From: Thermoplasmata archaeon
GTDB lineage: Archaea; Thermoplasmatota; Thermoplasmata; UBA10834
Direction of reading: 5' to 3'
DNA: 42,968 bases
NCBI GenBank assembly: GCA_049273895.1
Contig: JBASRQ010000071.1
Span: forward strand, 1 to 42,968
Shown here piece by piece: positions 26,301-34,944 of this stretch (its first letter is position 1; each line of letters opens with the position of its first letter). A model generated the notes under the pieces. The model searched no databases. It was given only the letters and a program-made list of their open reading frames with translations, and was not told where the DNA came from. A program made the position numbers and the translations under genes.

Positions 26301-27862
26301 TCAATCTCGGGACGGCCGAATCATGCGTCGCGGATGGCATCAGGGCATTCAAAGAAGAAAGGTATCAGGATTCACTCAAGCTAGCCATGAAATGCGAGAT
26401 AGAGATGGAAAGGGCTGAGCTTCAGCGGGATATAAGCGCGAGGTCCGTGGAACTCGCCCGAAAGAAGCTGACGGATGCTTCGGCTGATGGCATCAGGAGC
26501 CAGCGGTTGAACGACCTTGTCGACAAGGCAGAAACACTTCTGAGGCAGGGCAAGTACGTGGACGCGATGACCGCGGCCATAGAGAGCGGGGACGAGCTCT
26601 ATCTCATAAGGGAGAACCTAGACAGCAGCAGAATCGAGTTGAGCGCGAGCAGAGAGCGCGTCGAGAGACTCAAGAAGATAGGGATAGACACTTCCGAGTG
26701 CGACGAGATTTTGGACATCGCGCAGGAACATCTGTCGGCACACGAGTTCGCCAAATCAAGGGATGCATTGAGAAGGGCCTCCGAGAGGGCTGAATCGCTC
26801 TTCGAGAACTCGATCAAGGACGTGATGGACCAGAACCGCCAGGTGATTGCCAAAGCCAAGGCAATGGGCATCAACACGAAGTCCTCCGAGGACTTGCTCG
26901 ATGTGGCGAACACTTCGTTCCAGGAGAAACTGTGGGACTTCGCGTTCCAGCAGGCGATGGCGTGCAGGGACACCTGCCTGCAGCTGATTTCCAAGAAGCT
27001 TTCGAACTTGATCGAGGAGATACAGGACAAGACGGATAGCTTGAGGCGTTTCGGGGCTGCCGTCAAACCGATAGAGGACATGGTCGACATCGCGCAGGCT
27101 GCTGAAGGAAAAGGAGACATTGCGAAGGCGTTCCAGACGCTCATGGACGCCGACCAGAAGATCAGCAGCCTTGAGGATGCACACAAGAAGTACCTGGACA
27201 TATCGATAGCAGCTGACAGCGCCATGGAGAACCTCGGAAGGTATGGATTCTCCAAGAAGGAACCGGAAAGACTGATTGCGATGGCTGAGATTGAGAAGGA
27301 AAAGGATTACGACTCCGCAATCGAGCTCGTCGCAGAGGCGCTTGACACCGCGAAGGAGCTCATGGAAGCGTATTCGCCTGAGATCGCCGGCTCGATATCC
27401 GGCGTCGGACTCCAGGAAGGCGCCCAGAGCGATCTGACAGTCAGGCTCACGAACATCGGCAAGGCGCTGGCGCGGGATGTGTCACTCGAAGTCCGGGGAG
27501 ACTTCGACGTCAAGACGGCGCAAGGTGTCGCATCATTGAAGCCCGATGCAGAAGCCACAGTGACAATCAACCTCGTTCCAAGGCGCAGCGGAAGCGTCCC
27601 CGTCCGGATCAGGATCACCAGCAAGAGGCAGCTCGACGGGAAGATGCAGATGTTCGAGATAGAGGACACGGTCAACGTCTTCGCCGCGGGGCCTCCGTTC
27701 AAGCTCGGCAGGGCTACAGACACTACGAGGTGCATCTCCTGCCAGGGCAGGATCAAGCCCGGCTTCGACATAGTCACATGCAGATGCGGAGGACAGATGC
27801 ACCTTTCGTGCGCCAAGAGGACGAGCCAGTGCCAGGTCTGCGGTCAGAAGTACCAGTTCTAG
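23351..27862 (+). CDS. Giant (1,503 aa) alpha-helical tandem-repeat protein with C-terminal Ig-like beta domain and C4HC3 zinc finger; function unknown
   Basis: Uninterrupted 4.5-kb ORF with a TTG start and GGTGA just upstream, and an A/T-rich box (acatttatatg) about 85 nt upstream. The N-terminus is hydrophilic, with no signal peptide or TM segment visible. See findings for the repeat and finger details. Confidence 0.85.
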   Translation: MAGSYLKQLQLAKQLEEKTKEAQKNRDLAEKENDALEKFLKFCKESNVDISSVEKPQRDFESSMAAKDYQAALAHVRKAQEEAKAAYMRNIGEVGDSVEAILTLVQGSGSESKSARELLEKSKERALNDDLESAMKLARDAYDASERTLHEVFSQLFSQAQETVMQAKEIGDDVSIFEDGLSRAKAALQAQEYEACMTQIKEVLDGAEEDLKAQVTAVISRADELMSASQDLGADMSRVKAHSEKAVAALTAMKFKEALSYAKKAEAEGEGAISARFQERVRETRESIRKMKNAKEYAAVPQQLLDQALSALKEKKYIEALHAINSAHEFVHKAEFESVLEVISQARDRFVLAKKVGVDMTKAIMLLNTSRDNLKLGKFDDAIRYAEQSRKEIDSALEMFYKARDNVVELAKAVKFAADLGADTSEVKNTLTDARKFFEQQDYGKTAEVTKRGLDEVKKLTYDRTMEAINASDNSVKLGKEIGADMTEAEGMLQRAMDSLGKDNMMDSVGLAKSSKEAANAAMTRVMSDKLQSIDQFVKGYPGESNLAEVGETITQARQYVASYEFDKAQGLIKQVTHRIETIGQVECDRLIASATSRINAVKSMEGDASDLEILLTRANEALSKKIYEDATARAREIIQNADDMMTKLVQTEFSSVKDSLEEAKTIGIDVEDAKTQLKEARTKAEGQDFSAAFKIVRNAKTALLQRITRYDGIKGKVRKTEELISEAGRTKTDLTAAVRKLDAARNAFSTGQLDEAERLLDEVMAETEKNLGMYLAAKFILSSKESIELAQTYGIDVEPAVRLLSRAKEMMKSKSYDEALTAAKQCDEDARKTITKNIAEMTKDLQRLLTDARNVGVDTVGPEKLAEKARELARAGDYVESLRCIASAKEDINHVKNLSSQAALEIRVARNNLKDAETLDMDVGKAREFLEQAIEGLTRHQYAIALELAKKSSEASSEVTRTRIWDTLEKFKGRLEKSAAEGFNLGTAESCVADGIRAFKEERYQDSLKLAMKCEIEMERAELQRDISARSVELARKKLTDASADGIRSQRLNDLVDKAETLLRQGKYVDAMTAAIESGDELYLIRENLDSSRIELSASRERVERLKKIGIDTSECDEILDIAQEHLSAHEFAKSRDALRRASERAESLFENSIKDVMDQNRQVIAKAKAMGINTKSSEDLLDVANTSFQEKLWDFAFQQAMACRDTCLQLISKKLSNLIEEIQDKTDSLRRFGAAVKPIEDMVDIAQAAEGKGDIAKAFQTLMDADQKISSLEDAHKKYLDISIAADSAMENLGRYGFSKKEPERLIAMAEIEKEKDYDSAIELVAEALDTAKELMEAYSPEIAGSISGVGLQEGAQSDLTVRLTNIGKALARDVSLEVRGDFDVKTAQGVASLKPDAEATVTINLVPRRSGSVPVRIRITSKRQLDGKMQMFEIEDTVNVFAAGPPFKLGRATDTTRCISCQGRIKPGFDIVTCRCGGQMHLSCAKRTSQCQVCGQKYQF
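23480..27385 (+). repeat. About 21 tandem, diverged ~62-codon (~186-nt) protein-level repeats
   Basis: G-x-D anchors are IGDDVS(170), LGADMS(232), VGVDMT(356), LGADTS(420), IGADMT(482), IGIDVE(667), YGIDVE(794), VGVDTV(856), LDMDVG(920), IGIDTS(1110) and MGINTK(1172). They fall at multiples of 61-65 residues, with degenerate units in between. Each anchor is followed by a-x3-L-x2-A-x6-(Y/F)-x2-A. Positions were hand-counted. Confidence 0.7.
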
Positions 27863-29211
27863 CTTGACCCGCCTATCTTTGCTTTCGAGATCCTCAAAGC
27901 AGGTGTGATCACTCCGAACGCTTCCCGTGGCTCCTTGCCTGCCATGTCGACTCGCTTAAGGAGATCGATCAAACCGATGCCAATGGTGGCTTGCCGAACA
28001 GATGGGCCCAAGCCTCCGCGATCGATCTTGTAGCTTTCCATCATCAGACCCGAGAACTCGCCCGTCGCGAGGTTGGGGTAATCATACGTGAGCCTGAGAT
28101 AGACGCCGCCCTTCGTTTCTCTGATCATCTCATCCAGCGAGGAATCACCTTTCTTGACGACAAGATTGGAGCTGGAGATAGATGGCGGTCGCCTGTAGCT
28201 CCAGATGGTTCCCCCTCGAGAGGAGTTCCCCGTGCTGGGCACCGAGTCCTTCCCCGCGGTGTAGCTGTCATGGAGGTACGATTTCAGAACCCCATTCTCG
28301 ACTATCGGGGTGAGCCGCGACGGCGTACCCTCTCCGTCAAAGGAACAGCTACCAGTCGCCCATTCTATTCGGGGGTCATCGGAGACGGTGAGAGAACGAG
28401 CAGCCACCTCTGACCCCAGCTTCCCTGCCAGATAGCTTCTCTTGCGCTGAATACTTTCGGCGTTCACTCCTCCACCTATTGCCATCGAGAAGATGAATCC
28501 GACCGCCAGTGGGTCGATCACCACTGGGTAGTCTCCAGTCAGGATCTTCGTCTGAGTGAGTCCCATGATCGCGTGATCAGCGGAGCTTCGAGCAACTTTC
28601 GCAATCATAGCCCTGTCGAGTCTCCTGCTCGACCCGGCGTCGAAGCCCGAGAACATCGCAGATCCTGATTTCGCGACAGACTCAGCGCTCACCTCGCAGA
28701 ATGTCAGCCTCTGGGAGGAGTTGAAGCCATTGCTGTTGGCGAGCACGAACTTGCATTCACCGACAGCGATGCTTGCGTTCACCGAAGTGATCTTCTTTTC
28801 GCTCCCCGCAGTCTCTGAGAGCTCTATGGCCATTTCGACTATGTCATCAGGCTCGAGCTTCGCAATGCGCACATCGAAGAGACCATTGACTTTCGATGGC
28901 CGGGCAGACTCGGGAAGGCTCTTGAAGTCTGGATCGGGAGTTCCCGCCTTGGCGAGGGAGACCGCAAGCTTCGCCGCTTTCTTGATCGCAGAAGGGTCGT
29001 AGCCGGTGCAGGACGAGAAACCCGAACATCCCGCCCTGAACGCTCTGATCGCCACTCCCGGATCGAGGACATTGCTCGATTGTTTCATGGACCCTTTCTC
29101 GATCTCGGCGGAGGAGTACCACGAGTCCGTGATGAGCACATCACAGCAAGACGGACCGAGCTTCATCACATGCTCGACCGTTCTCTCCGCGAGCTTTTTC
29201 ATGTCCACCAT
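27859..29211 (-). CDS. pmbA: PmbA/TldE-family metallopeptidase subunit
   Basis: 450 aa. TldD/PmbA-family architecture lacking the HExxxH motif, with a C-terminal GGVYLR...FSGL...GIGLIDLLKRV pattern. It lies 12 nt downstream of tldD. Confidence 0.85.
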   Translation of the reverse strand: MVDMKKLAERTVEHVMKLGPSCCDVLITDSWYSSAEIEKGSMKQSSNVLDPGVAIRAFRAGCSGFSSCTGYDPSAIKKAAKLAVSLAKAGTPDPDFKSLPESARPSKVNGLFDVRIAKLEPDDIVEMAIELSETAGSEKKITSVNASIAVGECKFVLANSNGFNSSQRLTFCEVSAESVAKSGSAMFSGFDAGSSRRLDRAMIAKVARSSADHAIMGLTQTKILTGDYPVVIDPLAVGFIFSMAIGGGVNAESIQRKRSYLAGKLGSEVAARSLTVSDDPRIEWATGSCSFDGEGTPSRLTPIVENGVLKSYLHDSYTAGKDSVPSTGNSSRGGTIWSYRRPPSISSSNLVVKKGDSSLDEMIRETKGGVYLRLTYDYPNLATGEFSGLMMESYKIDRGGLGPSVRQATIGIGLIDLLKRVDMAGKEPREAFGVITPALRISKAKIGGSS

Positions 29212-29223
29212 GCCCCGTCCCTC

Positions 29224-30639
29224 CTATGCGAGTCCTCCGACGACCATGTCGGCCACGCACATGTGCGGCCCACCGTCTGTCGTCCTGGCCGACTGGCCGC
29301 CCTTGCCGCAGTAACCGGGATCTCCCAGGCTGAAGTCGTCGCCAATGCCTTGCACTTTGTTGAGGACTTCCAGTATCACACCTGAAAGAGATGCGTCCCT
29401 GTACCTTTGCCCTGTCTCCCCGTTCCTGATCTCGTAGGCCTCGTCGCATTTGAACATGAATTGGCCCTTCGAAGGCTCGACATAGCCGTACTGACTGCCC
29501 TGGATCAGGAGGCCGTGCTTCAGCTCTTCGATGAGTTCGTCTCTTTTCCAGTCGCCTGGACCGACGTACGTATTGCTCATACGTATGATTGGAGGGCTGT
29601 TGAACGCCTGGGATCTTGACGAACCGTTTGGCCGAACGCCCATCCGGCTGCTCGACTCGAGGCTGTGCAGGTACTCATTCAACATGCCCTTCTCAATGAG
29701 GACATGCTTTTTCGCAGAAACTCCTTCCCAATCCAGTGAGAAGTAACCGAATGTGTTCTTGATCGTTGGATCGTCGATGAGACTGACCCGCTCGTCGGCG
29801 ACTTTCTTGCCGAGTCGCCCCTCGAGCACTGACGCGCCCGCCAGGATCGCGTCCGCCTCACACGCATGTCCGAAAGCCTCGTGAGCCAGCATGCCGGTCA
29901 TCTTGTTGTCCAGGACGACAGTGAATTTGCCAGCAGGTGCGGGCTTCGACTCAAGAAGACGAAGCGCCTGGGAAGCCGCATCTTTCCCAAGACGTACGGT
30001 CTCCTCGGTGTTCATCAACTCGTAGCCGCCCACGCTGCCCACGGCTGCATGACCACGTTGAAGGACGCCTTCTGATGTCGCATACGCGGAGCACGCTGCC
30101 AAGACCCATCTCTCCTTCGTCCTCGCTAGGGTCCCGAACGAATTCGCAACTATCCGGTCGACCTCGAGATCGTCATATCTTGAATTCGTGCTCGTGATCC
30201 TTCGGTCGAACTCGCGCATGGCCTTGTCCTGTCCGAGTGCACACCTCAGCTTCTCTTCGACGGGAACGTCGGTCGGCTTCTGCCTGCATCGGTATTCCTC
30301 TGACCTTCCGACTGCTGGAGAGTCGGCAATTTCGAACGAATGCTTCGCCTTCGATTTGGCGACCTTGGCCATCTTGACGGCGGATGACGCCGCGGACTTC
30401 GTGGAGGAGGCTGAGAGAACGTTAGTGGACGCGAATCCCCACGCCCCTCCCATGAACGCTCGGACACCACAGCCAGAGTCGTGCTGCGCGATGAGGATCC
30501 TGGTCTTTCCATCCATTATCACGATGTTCGTGCCTGTGGAATGCTCAAGCCTCAGATCGGCAAACTCTGCTCCGAGCCTGAGCATTTGATCGATGGTCTT
30601 CCTAGCGATGTCTTCCAAGGTAATCTCTCCTGGTGTCAT
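29224..30639 (-). CDS. tldD: TldD-family zinc metallopeptidase
   Basis: 471 aa. Contains the HExxxH-type motif in MLAHEAFGHACEAD plus GxC...CGKGG near the C-terminus (DPGYCGKGGQ). Confidence 0.9.
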   Translation of the reverse strand: MTPGEITLEDIARKTIDQMLRLGAEFADLRLEHSTGTNIVIMDGKTRILIAQHDSGCGVRAFMGGAWGFASTNVLSASSTKSAASSAVKMAKVAKSKAKHSFEIADSPAVGRSEEYRCRQKPTDVPVEEKLRCALGQDKAMREFDRRITSTNSRYDDLEVDRIVANSFGTLARTKERWVLAACSAYATSEGVLQRGHAAVGSVGGYELMNTEETVRLGKDAASQALRLLESKPAPAGKFTVVLDNKMTGMLAHEAFGHACEADAILAGASVLEGRLGKKVADERVSLIDDPTIKNTFGYFSLDWEGVSAKKHVLIEKGMLNEYLHSLESSSRMGVRPNGSSRSQAFNSPPIIRMSNTYVGPGDWKRDELIEELKHGLLIQGSQYGYVEPSKGQFMFKCDEAYEIRNGETGQRYRDASLSGVILEVLNKVQGIGDDFSLGDPGYCGKGGQSARTTDGGPHMCVADMVVGGLA

Positions 30640-30675
30640 TCCAGACCGCAGTGCACTGGTTCAAACCATCTCCTT

Positions 30676-32223
30676 TCAGGTTCGCTGGAATCCGCAGGCG
30701 CCTTCCGCGGCCTCGACAAAAACCCCGGCGGAAATCATTTGCGCGACCTTCTCGATCTCCGCTCCAAGGGATCTGTCCTCCTCAAGCGCAGGCACCTCCT
30801 TCCGAAGCACGGCCTTGACCTTCTCGATCCCTGGACTCGAGCTCAGGTGGATGAAGTCAAGGCCCTGCGCGGCGGTAATCATCTCGATGGCGATCACGCG
30901 CCCGCAATTCTCGACTATCTGACGGGCTTTCCAGGCCGCAATCGTGCCCATGCTGTTGTGATCCTCCTGGTTTGCGCTTGTCGGGATCGAATCGGCAGAG
31001 GCAGGATGCACAAGGACCTTGTTCTCAGACACGATGGAAGCCGCCACATACTGAGGCACCATAAGCCCTGACCCGACTCCTCCATGCCTTGTCAGGAAGG
31101 CTGGGAGACCGCTGAGCTTCTCGTCGACAAGACGCGCGGTTCTTCTCTCGGAGAAGCTGCCCAGTTCGTGAGCCGCCAGGCCCAGGAAATCCATGGCCAA
31201 AGCCACAGGTTGCCCGTGGAAATTGCCTCCTGAGATGACCATTTGATCCTCTGGGAAGAACAGAGGATTGTCAGTCGCCGAGTTCATCTCGACATCTAGA
31301 ACGTCTTCCGCGTACCAGATGGCCTCCAAGCTCGCCCCGATGACCTGGGGGATGCACCGAAGCGTGTAGGCGTCCTGGATCTTGGGGCAGTCATGGTGGG
31401 AGACCATGATCTCACTCCCATGAAGAAGCGAGAGCATGTTCCGAGAAACGTGCAGCTGACCCTTGTGTGGCCTGACTCTGGAGATCCTCATGTCAAAGGC
31501 CGAAGATGTTCCCTTGAGCGCTTCCAAAGACATGGCCGCAGCTAGCTGAGCGTTGTCAGCGAGTGTTGCTGCATCATTGACTGAAAGGACACCTATCGCT
31601 CCCATGGCCTGCGTCCCGTTGATTATTGAAATCGCCTCTTTGGGCTCCAGAGAGAGCGGGGAGATCTTCTTCCTCCTGAGCGCCCGACCTCCTGGCTCGA
31701 AGCCGCTTCCAGCATCAGCCTCTCCTTCGCCGATCATCGCAAGACCGAGGTGAGCGAGCATCACGAGATCCCCGCTGGCGCCAACTGAGCCCTGGCGGGG
31801 AACGCTCGGGTGAACGTCTTTGTTGAGCATTTTGATCAGCATTTCTACGACCTCAGGCCTCACTCCTGAATAGCCCTTGGCAAGCGCGTTCGCCCTCAGA
31901 AGCATCATCGCTCTCACTATCTCGACAGGATAGCGCTCGCCGACCCCACATGCGTGGCTTCTGAGAAGGTTCACCTGAAGATGCTTGAGCTCCTCAGGAG
32001 GAATCCTGACATCGACCAGCTCTCCGACGCCGGTGTTGATGGCATATATCGTCCTGCCGTCCTCGACAAGCTTCTCAAGTGCCCTGCGCGAGGTCTGCAT
32101 CCGATCGCTGGCGTTCGTGGCCAACTCGACCTTGGCACCTTCCCTAGCCACGCGAACGACCTGCTCGATGGTGAGGCTGTTGCCGTCGATTCTTACACGT
32201 TCTCGGAGTATGTCTTCTGTCAT
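30676..32223 (-). CDS. hutH: Histidine ammonia-lyase
   Basis: The MIO-forming Ala-Ser-Gly triad in GSVGASGDLVMLAHL, plus NTGVGE and QEDHNSMG motifs. Confidence 0.9.
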   Translation of the reverse strand: MTEDILRERVRIDGNSLTIEQVVRVAREGAKVELATNASDRMQTSRRALEKLVEDGRTIYAINTGVGELVDVRIPPEELKHLQVNLLRSHACGVGERYPVEIVRAMMLLRANALAKGYSGVRPEVVEMLIKMLNKDVHPSVPRQGSVGASGDLVMLAHLGLAMIGEGEADAGSGFEPGGRALRRKKISPLSLEPKEAISIINGTQAMGAIGVLSVNDAATLADNAQLAAAMSLEALKGTSSAFDMRISRVRPHKGQLHVSRNMLSLLHGSEIMVSHHDCPKIQDAYTLRCIPQVIGASLEAIWYAEDVLDVEMNSATDNPLFFPEDQMVISGGNFHGQPVALAMDFLGLAAHELGSFSERRTARLVDEKLSGLPAFLTRHGGVGSGLMVPQYVAASIVSENKVLVHPASADSIPTSANQEDHNSMGTIAAWKARQIVENCGRVIAIEMITAAQGLDFIHLSSSPGIEKVKAVLRKEVPALEEDRSLGAEIEKVAQMISAGVFVEAAEGACGFQRT

Positions 32224-32286
32224 CGCAGGACCGCCAATGCCTAAGACGCGTATGAGCCTGACGATATCTCAAACTAGTGGGAACAC

Positions 32287-32703
32287 TCAGGGGGCTTTCT
32301 CCTTCACTGGGACGAACTTGTAACCGTAGTGTATGATGCCTGACGGCCCTTCCTCGCTCAGCTTCCGCAGCGTGACCCTAACGGGTGTCCCGATTTGGAG
32401 ATTGCACGCGTCGCAGTCGATCACCTGGCCGGTCACCTTGACGCCTTCGTCCAGCTCCACCATGGCGATGACATACGGCTTCTGCATGGGAAGCTCCTCG
32501 AGTCCCTCCTGCACTTCGGTCAGTGAGAATATCTTGCCCTCGCCCTTCAGCTTGACCGTCTCGATCTTGCCGACGCTCTTCCTGTGGCAGACTGGACAGA
32601 TGGCCCTCGGCGGGAAGAAATGGCGTCCACAGCTGTTGCACTGCATTCCCACAAGGTTGTACCTGCTCGGGTTCTCTCTCCAGAATCTCGGTGCAGTGGC
32701 CAT
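32287..32703 (-). CDS. DUF35 OB-fold/zinc-ribbon protein (scaffold of the archaeal thiolase/HMG-CoA synthase complex)
   Basis: Zinc ribbon CNSCGRHFFPPRAICPVCH followed by an OB-fold region. It starts 1 nt after the thiolase stop. Confidence 0.85.
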   Translation of the reverse strand: MATAPRFWRENPSRYNLVGMQCNSCGRHFFPPRAICPVCHRKSVGKIETVKLKGEGKIFSLTEVQEGLEELPMQKPYVIAMVELDEGVKVTGQVIDCDACNLQIGTPVRVTLRKLSEEGPSGIIHYGYKFVPVKEKAP

Positions 32704-32704
32704 C

Positions 32705-33877
32705 TCAAGCCCTCCTAAATAAGTGTACGACGACCGTCGCGCCAGTTCCGCCCACGTTGTGCGTCAGCCCCACAGCCGCATCCTTGACCTGCCTCTTGTC
32801 CGCCTTGCCCCTCAGCTGGGCGACTATCTCGACTGCCTGCGCAAGGCCCGTCGCGCCGATTGGATCCCCGCGGGCCTTGAGCCCGCCGGAGGTGTTCACC
32901 GCGATCTCACCACTCAGAGCTGTCAGGCCTGCTTCTGTCGCCTTTCCTCCCTCGCCTTTCTTGAAGAACCCAAGGTCCTCGATCGCGAGTATCTCGCTTA
33001 TGGTGAAGTTGTCGTGCACTTCCGCAACGTCGACATCCTTCTGGTTTAGCGTGGCCATTTCAAACGCGCGCCTGGCCGCAACCTTCGTCGCCTCCATCGT
33101 GCATATGTCCTTTCTATCATGCAACGAGAGCGAATCGCTTGCTTGGCCAGAGCCCACGATCTCGATTGGGATCTCGGTATACTTCTTCGCGCTGTCCAAC
33201 GGACAGAGGACGACCGCCGCCGCACCATCCGAGCTAGGAGCGCAGTCGAAGACCCTCAGTGGCGATGACACGAGCGGAGATGACATGACCGTCTCCCTGG
33301 TTATCTCCCTCTTGAACTGGGCCTTCGGGTTCAGAGAACCGTTCTTGTGGTTCTTCACCGCGACATCTGCCAGCTGCTCCCGAGTGGTCCCATATTCGTG
33401 CATGTGCCGTTTCGCAATCAGCGCATGAAGGGCAGGGAAGGTGGCTCCCAGGACGGTCTCCCACTCCTGATCCACTGCAGACGATTGTATGACCGCAGAC
33501 TCGACATCGCTGACATCGGTCATCTTCTCCGCGCCTCCGACAACGACGATATCGTGAAGACCAGATGCGACCGCAAGAAAACCTTGCCTAAGGGCAAGAC
33601 CGCCAGAGGCGCCCGCGGCCTCGACCCTGGTCGCGGGGATGTGGTCTCGGGCAAGACCCGAGTAGTCCGCAATCAGGGCACCAATGTGTTCCTGCTCTAT
33701 GAAGCGACCAGCGGACATGTTGCCGACGTATAGGGCGTCGATCTTGTCCGCCGTGATGTTCGCATCAGCGACCGCCGTGAGTCCGGCTTGGATCCCCAGA
33801 TCCCTGAAAGAATAATCCCACAGCTCGCCAAACTCAGTATCGCCCACGCCTATTATCGCCACGCGCCTCATGGTCAC
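32705..33877 (-). CDS. Acetyl-CoA acetyltransferase (archaeal thiolase)
   Basis: [14 protein letters not shown]-terminus, active-site Cys in the SGLARDH.../...AGASGG region, and C-terminal [14 protein letters not shown]...HNVGGTG. GTG 33877 overlaps the upstream stop. ATG 33871 is an alternative start. Confidence 0.9.
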   Translation of the reverse strand: MTMRRVAIIGVGDTEFGELWDYSFRDLGIQAGLTAVADANITADKIDALYVGNMSAGRFIEQEHIGALIADYSGLARDHIPATRVEAAGASGGLALRQGFLAVASGLHDIVVVGGAEKMTDVSDVESAVIQSSAVDQEWETVLGATFPALHALIAKRHMHEYGTTREQLADVAVKNHKNGSLNPKAQFKREITRETVMSSPLVSSPLRVFDCAPSSDGAAAVVLCPLDSAKKYTEIPIEIVGSGQASDSLSLHDRKDICTMEATKVAARRAFEMATLNQKDVDVAEVHDNFTISEILAIEDLGFFKKGEGGKATEAGLTALSGEIAVNTSGGLKARGDPIGATGLAQAVEIVAQLRGKADKRQVKDAAVGLTHNVGGTGATVVVHLFRRA

Positions 33878-34926
33878 TCACTCCCCAGGGTGATCTTGCC
33901 CCTGAACTTCGCGTATGTGGCATAGTCCAGGAACCTGAGGTTCGAGTTCAACTCGATGATTGTAGGGGCTTTGTGCTTAGGGTATCGTTCGATTTCATCC
34001 GTAACGCTTATGTCAAACGCGTCCGACCCAGCTCCCGAGCCATAAGCGACGGCGAATATCCTGTCCCCCGTCTTCGCCTCATCGAGGATCGCAGCCAGTC
34101 CAAGCGGAACTGAGGCAGAGTAGGTGTTGCCGATGATTGGCGCAAGCAGGCCCGTCTTGACCTGTGGATCCGTGAAGCCGAGCTGCTTGGCTACCCTTGT
34201 AGGGAACTTGCCGTTCGGCTGATGAAACACCGCATAAGTGTAGTCCTTCGCTGCCGACCCTGTTCGCTCCATCAGACCCTTTGCGCCGCTGACGATATGA
34301 TGGAAATAAGCTGGCTCTCCGGTGAACCTTCCGCCATGCCGAGGATACATCTGTCCTTCTCTCCTCCAAAAATCAGGTGTGTCAGTTGTGTACGAATAGG
34401 TGCGGTCAATCGTCGCGATCATCTTCTCGGAACCGATCAGAAACGCCGCCCCGCCCGCCGATGCTGAGTACTCAAGAGCGTCGCCGGGCGCGCCCTGCGA
34501 TGTGTCCGCTCCGATCGCGACGCCGTACTTCACCATGCCCGAACCGACGAGTCCCATGCACGTCTGGATCGCAGCTGTGCCCGCCTTGCAGGCAAACTCG
34601 TAATCGGCAACGGTCAAATGTGGAGAAGCCTCTATGGCCTCAGCGACGATCGTTCCTGATGGTTTGACGGCGTACGGGTGAGATTCTGAGCCCACATAGA
34701 GAGCTCCGATGTCCTGCGGGTTCACCTCACACCGCTTCATCATATTTCTGGCGGCCTCGACAGCGATGGTGATGGTGTCTTCATCGGGCGACGGCACGGA
34801 CTTGCAGTTGATCATCAGTCCCTTGCTCATGGCCTTTCCGTCGACTCCCCAGACCTTCCCGATCTCCTCTGGCGTAATCCTGTAGCGTGGCACATAGGCT
34901 CCATAGCTGACGATTCCGACTTTCAT
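33874..34926 (-). CDS. Hydroxymethylglutaryl-CoA synthase (archaeal type)
   Basis: [34 protein letters not shown] and HQPNGKF motifs. I prefer ATG 34926 (GGTGAT 8 nt upstream) over 34944. Confidence 0.9.
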   Translation of the reverse strand: MKVGIVSYGAYVPRYRITPEEIGKVWGVDGKAMSKGLMINCKSVPSPDEDTITIAVEAARNMMKRCEVNPQDIGALYVGSESHPYAVKPSGTIVAEAIEASPHLTVADYEFACKAGTAAIQTCMGLVGSGMVKYGVAIGADTSQGAPGDALEYSASAGGAAFLIGSEKMIATIDRTYSYTTDTPDFWRREGQMYPRHGGRFTGEPAYFHHIVSGAKGLMERTGSAAKDYTYAVFHQPNGKFPTRVAKQLGFTDPQVKTGLLAPIIGNTYSASVPLGLAAILDEAKTGDRIFAVAYGSGAGSDAFDISVTDEIERYPKHKAPTIIELNSNLRFLDYATYAKFRGKITLGSE

Positions 34927-34944
34927 ACAGACATCACCTACCAC

